From Octopus sinensis (lineage: Eukaryota), in assembly GCF_006345805.1 (NCBI RefSeq), contig NC_043013.1, forward strand, positions 806,001 to 870,000: a stretch of 64,000 nucleotides of DNA, written 5' to 3'. The position numbers and the translations under genes were made by a program. Under the pieces are notes generated by a model. It ran no database searches and had not been told where the DNA came from. It saw nothing but the letters and a program-made list of their open reading frames with translations. Of the stretch, positions 12,270 through 22,914 are shown piece by piece. The first letter of the stretch is position 1. Each line of letters starts with the position of its first letter.

Positions 12270-12300
12270 AAACTATTCTGCCATCTTGGATGTAAACAAA
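12270..12300 (-). promoter_or_regulatory. YY1-like CCAAGATGGC motif / 3-codon uORF (ATG GCA GAA TAG) in the putative 5' leader
   Basis: Motif seen about 70 nt upstream of the putative ATG. Function is inferred. Confidence 0.25.
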
Positions 12301-12835
12301 GCAACAGTTTATAACAACAATAATACTGTGATAAATGCAGATAATAACCGGTAGCCAAGTCGGACAAGTTATTTCTAAACAAATACATTTTTAGGATAAT
12401 CGTTCTAATAAATTGGACATAATCAAATAAACTAGATTCGATCAAGTTTCGAGAATAAGATTAAAAAAAGAAAATTACAGTAACTAGTCTGAGAGTTAAC
12501 TCCCTTGTTTACTTAACGACTTCATCAGCTAATTAATTGCGTCAGTGGCGAAACAGCTGAGAACAGTTTTGACGATATATTTGAAGTTCCTTAAATCAAA
12601 TTTCTGTATTGAAATCGAGTCGGGAACCCTGCATTTCTAAAATCTATAAAGTGCTAGTTCTACACTGGAATTCATCTTATAAAATTGGTCATGAGACTAG
12701 GACAATTACTCATCGTTTAAAATGATTTCGTGTGTGCGCGCACGCAGTTCATAGGAATTATTTTCTCTACACAATTAAATATTATAGGTCTTGCAAAAAG
12801 AAAATTGCATCAATTTTTTTTTTTTTTTGAAAAAT

Positions 12836-13200
12836 GGACGCAGGCACGGCTTTATGGTTAAAGAAGCTCGCCCTGCAACCATGTGGTTTCGAGTTCAGAC
12901 TCATTGCGCGGCATCTTAGGTATAGCCCTAGATCGACCAATGCTTTGCGAGTAAATTTAGTAGCTGGAAACTGTGAGGAAGCCCCTCGTATATGTGTACT
13001 TGTATTCATTCCACCACAACTTCGCAAGCAATGTTGGTTTGTTTACGTTCTGGAAGCTTAATGGTTAAGGAAAAAATACCAACAGAATAAGTACCAGGCT
13101 TGAAAAAGTAAGTACTAGGGGCGATTTGTTCGACTAAACCCTTCAAGACGGTGCCGCCCCAGCATGGCCGCAGTCCAATGTCTGAAACAAGTAAAAGAAA
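12836..13200 (+). mobile_element. tRNA-derived SINE family A
   Basis: A/B-box-like head, gga aactg..gaagcccc core, and ccagcatggccgcagtc..ctgaaacaagtaaaaga tail shared with many copies in the window. Confidence 0.8.
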
Positions 13201-13319
13201 ACAAGTCGCAACAGTTCGAAGTGGTATGATGTTTATTATGGTGGGCGAATATGCGATGGATCGAATCACAGCACCAGTGCTACAGTTCTACTGACAGAAA
13301 TCTAGTCCATATATATATG

Positions 13320-13362
<43 letters not shown>

Positions 13363-13366
<4 letters not shown>

Positions 13367-14146
13367 ATTAATTAATAAGGGTGAGAGAATTAGATACTAA
13401 TTTAATAGTATATCTATTCAACACCAAGTGGCCTAGTGCTCCGAGAAACCTGGATTATTATAATATTTTATAATATATTACAATATTTTTACAAAATAAA
13501 TATAAGAGAGTGGTCACTATATGGCTCACTCTAGCACCAGTTAATCCAAAAGGTTTCAACCACAAAAATACATGTTTCCCATGAAAGTCAGTACGATTGT
13601 TAGCTCACACGGACAGGGCAAATAAAAAATAACAAAAATACAGATTATATAAAATATTATAATAATCCAGGTTTCTCGGAGCACTAGGCCACTTGGTGTT
13701 GAATAGATATACTATTAAATTAGTATCTAATTCTCTCACCCTTATTAATTAATTATAATTATGCTGCATTTATTTCTAAATGCTGTATTTGTTTTCCGTG
13801 AAAGTTTGGCGCGCTGTTAGTTGGGGCATTTGAATTATAACGTCGGATGTAATCAATTGAACCACACGCGTATTTATCGTTATGGTAAAATCTGGCGTGT
13901 GATTGAGTGGATTTCATCCAGATAGTTTTGGCTGACGAGCTACAAGTGGATTTTTTTGTAAGTAAAATTACATTTAATTCATTAATAGCGAAACAATTGT
14001 CCCAAAATAATCTGTATTTTTGTTATTTTTTATTTGCCCTGTCCGTGTGAGCTAACAATCGTACTGACTTTCATGGGAAACATGTATTTTTGTGGTTGAA
14101 ACCTTTTGGATTAACTGGTGCTAGAGTGAGCCATATAGTGACCACT

Positions 14147-14150
<4 letters not shown>
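13363..14150 (+). mobile_element. (TA)n-flanked non-autonomous Penelope-like/retrozyme-like element with interlocked inverted repeats A-B-A'-C-B'
   Basis: A 13363-13472 is the inverse of A' 13648-13757 (110 bp). B about 13505-13647 is the inverse of B' 14008-14150. Segment C contains a hammerhead. Confidence 0.7.
13926..14007 (+). ncRNA. Type I hammerhead ribozyme with intact core; predicted cleavage after GUC at 14001
   Basis: UUUUGG-CUGACGA-GCUA(43-nt loop)UAGC-GAAA-CAAUUG-U-C-CCAAAA. All core nucleotides, G10.1-C11.1 pair, and palindromic stem III (ACAAUUGU) are present. Confidence 0.85.
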
Positions 14151-14229
<79 letters not shown>

Positions 14230-14233
<4 letters not shown>

Positions 14234-16248
14234 TTGTTAGATCAGGTAATGAAGGTTACGGAGAGGGTCATAGCCCAACTAATTAGGGAGAGAGTCAGTT
14301 TAGATGAGATGCAGTTTGGGTTCGTGCCAGGGAAAAGCACCACTGATGCTATATTTCTGGGAAGACAGCTGCAGGAGAAATACCTAGCCAAAGATAAGCC
14401 CCTGTACCTGGCTTTTGTTGACATGGAGAAAGCCTTCGACAGGGTCCCCCGATCCCTTATCTGGTGGTCAATGAGGAAACTAGAGATAGATGAATGGTTA
14501 GCGAGAGCTGTGCAAGCCATGTACAGGGACGCTGTCAGTAAGGTAAGGGTTGGCAACAAGTACAGTGAAGAATTCCAGGTGGAGGTAGGGGTCCACCAAG
14601 GTTCAGTCTTTAGCCCCCTCCTATTTATCATAGTCCTCCAGGAAATAACAGAAGAATTCAAGACAGGATGCCCCTAGGAGCTCCTCTATACTGGTGACCT
14701 TGCTCTAATTGCTGTGTCACTATCAGAACTCGAGGTGAAGTTTCAGGTGTGGAAACAATGATTAGAATCAAAGGGCATTAGAGTCAACCTAACTAAAATC
14801 AAAGTCCTAATATGTAGGAAGGCAGGCAAACCACAAATCCCTTCAGGTCGATGGCCCTGCTCGATCTGTAGTAGAGGCGTAGGTAGAAACTCCATAAGAT
14901 GTATCCAGTGTAAGCTATGGACACATAAGAGGTGCAGTAATATCAAAGGAAGGCTAACTGGGAAGATAGTTTTTGTATGTGGCAGATGCTCAGGAGCAAT
15001 AAGCACTGAAAATATGCAGAGAACAACTTCCGCCACATTCCAGGGAGAAAAACTAGAAGTAGTTGATAGCTTCTGTTACCTAGGTGACCAAGTCAGTTGC
15101 GGGGGTGGGTGCACTGAAGTGTAGCTGCTAGAAAAAGAATAGCTTGGGCAAAGTTCAGAGAGCTCTTACCTCTGCTGGTGACAAAGGGCCTCTCTCTCAG
15201 AGTAAAAGATAGACTGTATGACGCATGTGTATGAATAGCCATGCTACATGGCTGCTGAGGACATGCGTAAGCTCGCAAGGAATGAAGCTAGGATGTGTAA
15301 TGTCAGTGTGCATACTTGACAGAGTGTAAGTGCCTTGAGAGAAAAGTTGGACCTAAGAAGCATTAGATGTGGTGTGCAAGAGAGACGACTGCACTGGTAT
15401 GGTCATGTGGCGAGAATGGATGAGGATAGCTGTGTGAAAAAGTACCACACCCTAGTGGTTGAGGGAACCTGTAGAAGAGGTAGACCCAGGAAGACCTGGG
15501 ATGAAGTAGTGAAGCACGACCTTCGAACTTTAGGCCTCACCGAGGTAATGACTAGTGACTGAGACTTTTGGAAATATGCTGTGCTCGAGAAGATCCGGCA
15601 AGCCAAATGAGACCATAGCCTCGTGGCCTATGCCAGGGGCGTAACCAGCCCACTTATGCGTACCTTTCCTTCTTTGGACACTAAACTCTGCTTGCGAAGA
15701 CCTGTTGAGGCAAGTGAAATCGAAATCAAATTCGATGACTGGCATCGTGCTAGTGGGGCACTAAGAGCACCATCCAAGCTTGATCGTTGACAGAGCAGCT
15801 AACTGGCTTCATTGTTGGTGGCACGTAAAAGCCACCATTTGAGCGTGATCATTACCAGCATCGCCTTACTGGCACTTATGCCCCATGCTAGTAGGGTGCA
15901 AAGAGCACCATCTGAGCATGATCGTTGCCAGAGCAGCTAACTTGGCTTCCGTGCCGGTGGCACGTAAAAGTCGAGCGTGATTATTACCAAAGTCGCCTTA
16001 CTGGCACTTGTGCCGTGACACATGAAAAAACATTCGAGTGAGGTCGTTGCCAGTACCACCTGACTGGCCCCTGTGCCGGTGGCGCGTAGAAGCACCTACT
16101 ATGCTCTCGGAGTGGTTGGCATTAGGAAGGGCATCAAGCTGTAGAAACTCTGACAGATCAAGATTGGACCCTGGTGCCGCCATCTGGTTCGCCAATCCCC
16201 AGTCAAATCGTCCAACCCATGCTAACATCATTAAACGATGATGATGAT
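14230..16248 (+). mobile_element. 5'-truncated RTE-clade LINE (RT, PHD-like insert, repetitive 3'UTR, (gat)n tail), disrupted by stops and frameshifts
   Basis: QFGFVPGKSTTDAIF, FVDMEKAFDRVP, GVHQGSVFSPLLF, YTGD (for YADD), VDSFCYLGD, RLHWYGHV, RGRPRKTW. Confidence 0.9.
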
Positions 16249-16252
16249 ATTA

Positions 16253-17529
16253 CAGAGTTTGGACAAAAAAATGGAAACACCTAGCATTATAATTTTGAAA
16301 TATCTATAAAACCATCAAAAGCTTGTTTCTTTTTATGCTTTTTTATTTATTATTAGAGTTGCTTAATATGTTTTTCTAAAATTGCTGTTTCTTTTCAGAT
16401 ATCACCAGAAAAAGGTAATTAAAATTCATTAAAATGACAGATCTATCAAACTTTCAAAGAAGTCAAATTGTTGGTGCTTGTATGGCAGGCACTAGCGCAA
16501 TGAAAACAGCCGAAATGTTTGGTGTATCAAGAAGTAATGACAGCCTTTGCGAAAGAGGGAAAAACCTCCTCATCAAAACAAACCTCTGGAAGAAAACCAA
16601 AACTTTCAGATAGGGACCTTTGGACTCTTAGGCGAATTGTTGGAAACGATCACAAAAGTACAGCTCCCAAAATTACTGCAGAGCTTAATGACCACCTCGA
16701 GAACCCAGTTTCCGCAAAAATTGTTCGCCGGGAGTTGCCCAGAGCTGGATTTTACAGGAGGGATGCAATCACAAAAACCCACTACTTTGAAAAACAAATG
16801 TTTCAAAGCATGTAGAGTGGAGTAAAAACCTACAGAATTGGTCCCTAGAACAGTGGAAGAATGTTATTTTCTCGGATGAGTCATCCTTTACCTTATTTCC
16901 AACCACCGACCAAATATACATGTGGAGACAGCCAAAAGAAGCATTTGACCTAAACTGCCTTCTTCCAACTGTTAAACGTGGAAGAGGATCGGTGATGATC
17001 TGGGGGTGGGGTGGGGGCTATATCACAAAAGGGGTTGTAGAGAAATCTGCCGGCCCAATGGCTTCCCTTCGTGGTAGAATTAATAGTCAAGACTATTTAA
17101 GCATTTTATCTGATCAAATTCATCCTATGGTTGCGGAACTGCTTCCGGAGGGAAACGCATTCTTTCAGGATGATAATGCACCAATTGACACAACTAAAGT
17201 TGTTACTGAATGGCACGAAGAACATTCTATTAAAGTTGAACTTCTTATCTGCCTACCACAGTCCCCGGGTCTCAATATCATTGAACATTTATGGAGCATT
17301 TTAGAAAAACAAGTAAGGAGTCGATATCCCCCACCATCATCACTACAAGAACTGGAGACTGTTTTAGCTGAAGAATGGTCAAAAATTCCTTTGGAAACAA
17401 TTCAAACTTTGTACGAGTCCATATCTCGTAGAGTTCAAGCTGTAATTACTGCCAAAGGCGGTCCTACCCCATATTAAAATAAATTTGTTTGAAATTTTAA
17501 GTTGTTTCCATTATTTTGTCCAACCCCTG
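16253..17529 (+). mobile_element. Tc1-family DNA transposon, full length (1277 bp)
   Basis: TA|cagagtttggacaaaaaaatggaaac ... gtttccattattttgtccaacccctg|TA. Confidence 0.95.
16434..17477 (+). pseudogene. Tc1 DD34E transposase, frameshifted
   Basis: MTDLSNFQRSQIVG..., GRKPKLS, VIFSDES, FQDDNAP, QSPGLNIIEHLW, GGPTPY spread over several frames. Confidence 0.9.
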
Positions 17530-18995
17530 TATATACACATATACAGAGGCTGACTGTAACTTTAAACACTTGAACTGCCAAATAATTAACTTCTATTCTG
17601 AGAACAAATCTCATTTATGAAAAATACTTTCGCGAAGCCAGCATGTGTTTGAGTAGGCTGTTCAACAAGTTATTTCTCTCAGCTTATATTTGTTTAAATT
17701 ATGCACGTTACTTGGGCAATGAGTTTTTTTCCCTGTGTATATTCTGTCCGTTGGTTACTGGAGATAAAGTCGAACAATTGCGCTAATGACAACAATTGAA
17801 CCAGAAAACGTATCAATGTCTGTCCTTTCATCTCTAGACAAGCATTTTTATTTAATGGAATGTGAACTTTGGCGATTTCTTGATTGAGGTTATCTCCCCT
17901 CCTTATAAATAGCTGTTCTTCATTGTCCTTTGGTAATTATGAGACATCATTTCGAGCAGAGATAATTCTAATAAGTCAAGAATTTATGTTGTATTTATCT
18001 GTGCCTAAATATATCTCAAGTGACACATCAAATTCGTTAACTGGTTTTCTTCTTGTTATTTCTAAATATAATTTTGTATATCTACTTGCAAGTGAATGAC
18101 ATATTGCTTTCACAAAAGGGGTTGTAGAGAAATCCACTGCACCATTAAACTCAATAGCAACGAATATGTAAAAGTAATTATGTTTATAGAGAATATAAGT
18201 GTATAGAAAAATATGCTGCATGAGAAGTTACAAAGGAATGAGTTACTAGCTTTTATCTTTGTACTGTCGTTAGACCAAAATATTGTAGTTAGTAATTATT
18301 GTAGATATGCACTATTTTCTTTGACCATACGAACTTTTCTTTGGCTTAATTTTATTTATTTATTGCTGAGAATATTTAGCATTTCATTAAATAATGAAAT
18401 AAGCTCTAAATATTCCAAGCACTAGAAAAAAAACTTGCATCTGGTAGCGGGACCCTAGTTCAGAAGTTCCAGGATTTTGAAGAGTGTGGGACCATCTCTT
18501 AGCTACTATTGTTCTCATGTCTTCTCTGATCCAGAAGAGTAGCACTGTCAGGGTTCCAGCTCTTGGGTGAAATAATATGCAATCATCCAAACTACAGTAT
18601 ATTGAAAGCATGGTGGATGCGAGTTATTCCGGCAAATGAATTTATTAAATCTTTTCTACTCTAGGCACAAGGCCCGAAATTTTGGGGGAGGGGGGGCCAG
18701 TCGATTACATTGACCCCAGTTAGCAACTGGTACTTATTCTTTTTTTACAAGAAAATCTACGGTGAAGTCTTATATTTGTATAAAAAATATATTTATGTGG
18801 AGAAGTATTTAATCAGCCTGAACACATGACTGATGGTTGCAAATTTTAGAAACCACGGAAGGATATGAAAAGCAAGTGGAACTGCCGGCAGAATGGAACC
18901 AAAGCAGTTTGCCATCCGCACTCTCTCGAATCTGCAAGACCATTGCATTAATTGTATTATCAAGAAGGCTGCGAGCTGGCAGAAACGTTAGCACG

Positions 18996-20731
18996 TCGTT
19001 TGACGTCGGTTGTGTTTTTTTCGGCTCCTGAAAATTCGGTAAAAAAGAACAAAAAGCGTGGTTGTTGTTGTGGAAATTCTGAACGGCGTTGACGCGGTTT
19101 CGCGTTTCGCTCGTTCAGCGCGTTAAACTTTTTTCTGTTTTGGCGGCCGTTTTCGGTCTGTCAGACAGAAGGAAATGGACTATGAGTCTCTAACAGACTT
19201 GTCCACGACAGATGAGGAACTGGAACAGGCAATTGCAGTGAAGCTGATGGAGGAAAAGGCTGGAGTTTTCGAGTCTTTATCAGACTTGTCTGAGAAGGAG
19301 CTAGAAATGGCAGCGAGGAATTTGGAAAAGAAGCTGAGTTATACTTATGCCGGTGTAACCAAGAAGGCGGAAGAGAAAGGGGTCGACTTGGCCAAGCTAC
19401 CAAGTTACCAGAAACACATGAAAAAGGAAAGCGGTGAGGTGGAACTATCACCGACACCCAGGAGAAAAGAATGGTATGATAAGAGGACCATTGTTTACAG
19501 GGTGTTCGCAAACGAAAGGAAGAGGGTAGAAGTTGTAACCATGGAATGGATAGAGGAAGCCCTGCGAAGAACTGAGGAGGAAATAAATTTTCTGACTCGA
19601 GGATCCAAGTATGGGACCGTAGTTGTGCATTTTAAAAGTGAATCTGCAGCGAGGAAGATGGCGGCGAAGGCGGTGAAGTCGGAAAAGGTAACACTGTTAC
19701 CTACGTATTTAAACAGGAGGATTACACGAATAAGGTGGAGGGAGTGCCACCAAACGTGGAGGCAGAATGGATTGTGGCGGCTGTGATCAGCGGCCACGAG
19801 GACGAAGTAGATATTCTCCATGCCTCGGTTAAGTCCGAGGGCTGGAGAGGCGTAACAGTGGAGCTGAACGTACAGGCAGAGACCGAGGTACTGGTGGACC
19901 TGACGGAAAGCATCAGACTGGGAGAAGTGATCATGAGAGTGTGGTGGAGGGCAGGGCTCCACGTTGTTACAAGTGTGGCCTGAGGGGTCACATAAGAGCC
20001 TTCTGCCCTCCCCCAGGGAAAGAAATGGATCCCGAACCAGAGAGAGAGAAGCAGAAACCAGAGGAGAAGGAAACAGAGGAAGAGAATACACAGAAATGGA
20101 AGGAAGCTGGAAGTAAGAGGAAGAGAAGAATACGTGGAAAAGAAAACAATATGGAACTCCAATCCACCCCAAAACCACCCACGCCCTCTGAGTCCCACCC
20201 TACCCATGCAGACATTGAACCCACCCGCTCCCCCCCAACAAGAAAACAAAAGAAAAAAAAGAATACACACACACAAGAGATTGAAAATGATATCAGGATG
20301 TACATTTGTACTATGACTGAACAGAAAGAAGTTAAAAGTCTAATGGAAGAGTATAAATGGTATGATGTTGGTGAGACTAGGTATGCTGTGATTGAAAAGA
20401 AGAACATAGGTGAGTTTATGGGGAGGTGTGAAAGGAAGAATTGGGAGGTGAAAGATATAAGAATGAGCGATGAATTCGTGGAAAACATGGATGAGTATTT
20501 CGGAGTAAGAATGGATATGGAATTTATTCGTATTGGCAAAGAACATTCAAGTGACTATGAAAAACAAAGGACAGGTAAGTGATGCTGACGGACGGGGCCG
20601 TTGGTATCGCTTTCATTTAATCATTTTTTCGTTTAACAATTCATGTTCATAAAATTTAATTGTAATGTTATATGTCCCCATGTTTCTTAGTGTCCCTTTC
20701 TGTGTCGCCCCTAGTGGGTAATAAAGAAATA
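18996..20731 (+). mobile_element. ORF1-only (HAL1-like) non-LTR retroposon, probably L1/Tx1-related, full length
   Basis: 15-bp TSD agaaacgttagcacg (18981-18995, 20732-20746), CpG-rich 5'UTR, a single gag-like ORF, a 3'UTR ending cccctagtgggtaataaagaaata, and no RT/EN. Confidence 0.8.
19175..20582 (+). pseudogene. Gag-like ORF1 with CCHC zinc knuckle (CYKCGLRGHIRAFC), two apparent single-base frameshifts near 19733 and 19940
   Basis: ORFs 19175-19786, 19735-19983 and 19941-20582 join into about 468 aa: acidic N-terminus, RRM-like centre, C-x2-C-x4-H-x4-C, Pro/Lys-rich linker. Confidence 0.8.
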
Positions 20732-22219
20732 AGAAACGTTAGCACGCCGAGCGAAATGCTTAACAGTATTTTGTCTGACTTTACATTCTGAGTTCAAATT
20801 CCGAAGTCGACTTTGCCTTTCATCCTTTCGGGGTTGATAAATTAAGTACCAGTTACACACTGGAGTCGATCTAATCGACTGGCCCCCACCCCAAAAATTT
20901 CGGGCCTTGTGCCTAGAGTAGAAAAGAATATTATCATGAGGCCCAGAATTAGTGGGATGGGTATAGTCGACTCAGCACTAAAACTGGTACATCCTACTTT
21001 TGACGGCTTATACGACACCACCCGATCTCCCACCTAAAAGAGGATCCCAGAAAGTCAACCAGCGCCTTATAAACTCAACGTTAGGCTTTGGATTCGTTAT
21101 AAATGAGGCTCAAGTACCGCAATGCCAGGAAAAAGGAACTGCAAACACCTTTCTTACAAAATTTCCAGCATAAGTATTTTTTAAAGTAGCATATCAATAT
21201 CACGTATATAACCACTCAGGTGGAAGTTTAAACGACGACTTCACTTGTGAAACAACCAAGTGGTCGGTTCAGTAAGCAAGGGGAGCGACCGTTAACCCCG
21301 AGCAATTTGGCGCTTTTCAACATTAAAAATTCTTTAGTTACCTATGTCAGTAGTTGAAAGTTTTATACATAAAGACATCGTTTCGGAAACATAAATGCAA
21401 GATTATAAATACAAGAAATGTTAATTCACTGTTTTTAAAATTTCGGGAAATTTATATTGCGAAGGGAGAAAACTCCTTAGACATTATTTCGTTTTCTGAA
21501 CTTAACCACTTCAACTTTATAATTAACTTCGTTCCAAATATTCAGTCATTAAATTAATTAAATTATGAATTCACATAGAAATAATATTATAAACGGCTTT
21601 TACATACTTGCTGTTGAGAACTGACAGACGAATTTTTGAAATGTTTAACAATTTAGGTGTAACCGGTAATTTAACATGTCATTCTGAATAAATCATTTAC
21701 GAAAAAAAAAACCCAAATGGCCTTAGTTTTGATTTTATTATTATTTTTTATTCGCCACAATGTTACTTTACCTCGGTAGTTTTGAGTTCGATACTAGATT
21801 ATTTCTGCTACTTGTATTTGGTTCGCTTGAAATAGTTTTTGTTTCTTCTTTTTGGTTTTACCTAATGTAGGGTTAGAATTCTTTGCTTCTATGGTAGTCT
21901 TTTCTTTCTTCTTTAATTCTACGATCTTTAGCAACTTTTCTACTTTGCTCAAAATTTGAAACTCGAAATTACAAATCGCTATTCGAATGTATTAACCTCT
22001 TCATTGCGCGCTTTAGAACTGGAGGAGTAAACACGACTTCACACTGTTAGATAAACTAACTTTCTCATAATGTTCTTGCATATCATGAGGATTATGGAAA
22101 CTTTGTTGTTATAGAAACAGATTATTTATGTTAGTGGTAGTAACATTACGGCACAATTCTGTTTCATTTCTACAAATTGGGTCTTCAAATACCCAAAAGA
22201 TAGTCAATTACTAGAGGAC

Positions 22220-22830
22220 TTTTTTTATTAGCCCCAGGGGGCCAACGACGACAGGACATAAAAAAACAAGGAAAAATTCAATAAAAATGAGAAAATATAA
22301 ATTAAACGTCTGATAACATGAATGATACAATGAAAATGAAAATGTGCCATTTGTCCCACCTCAAGCAGCATCACTTGCTTCCTTTTATCTTTTGAATTCC
22401 GTTTCCTTCAAAATGTCTATACCATATTTCTTTGTTAGCTCCTCATTTCCCACAATGTCCGGAATCATCTTTAAAACCCAATCACCCTCCAACACTTATA
22501 ACCTTTCTTGAATTTCAACATTTCTTCCTTTTGGTTTTCCGACACCAAAACACACGAGTGCCATCCAACTATATTATTCCATCCTTCAACATTAACGAAT
22601 CTTGCAGTCTTCCATTTTGTAGTCTTGTTAAGCAGTTCCTTGTCAACACCTTCCGCCATCATACAGACGTATCAGTTTTCAAAGGGGAATTTCGTATATT
22701 CTGGTGAGTTTATCTTTCTTTTTTCTTTTGCTTTGTGTAGGAGGGGAATGGGTGAGTTTGGTGTCTGTGCGGGGAGGGGAGGTCAGAGAGGGTATGGGTG
22801 AGGTGGGCATGGTTTGGGGTTCGCCAAAGG
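22220..22830 (-). mobile_element. 5'-truncated diverged relative of the ORF1-only retroposon
   Basis: Minus strand encodes SPPTQSKRKKK...YVCMM (cf. SPPTRKQKKKK...YICTM), has aagtgatgctg at the ORF end, and ends gccccctggggctaataaaaaaaa. Confidence 0.65.
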
Positions 22831-22914
22831 AGATCGATAAAAATCACTTAGCGATTCTCTCGGACTCTCTCTCGCTTTCTCTTACTCTCTATCTTTCTCT
22901 ATCTATCTCTCTCC

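Larger units (their letters stand above)
18968..20935 (+). mobile_element. tRNA-derived SINE family B, split by a retroposon insertion (18968-18995 and 20732-20935)
   Basis: gcgagctggcagaaacgttagcacg|ccgagcgaaatgc...gtcgactttgcctttcatcctttcgggg... is continuous once 18996-20731 and one TSD copy are removed. Compare the uninterrupted copy at 51897. Confidence 0.85.

Noticed and set aside
19161-20546. Long minus-strand ORFs opposite the gag-like ORF1
   Set aside because: Antisense shadows of a purine-rich coding strand (Phe/Ser/Leu-rich, no motifs).
21771-22044. Charged, exon-like minus-strand stretch (EQSRKVAKDRRIKEERKDYHRSKEF...) with AG/GT-like ends
   Set aside because: Stops in all frames; cannot be told apart from purine-rich chance sequence or a decayed fragment.
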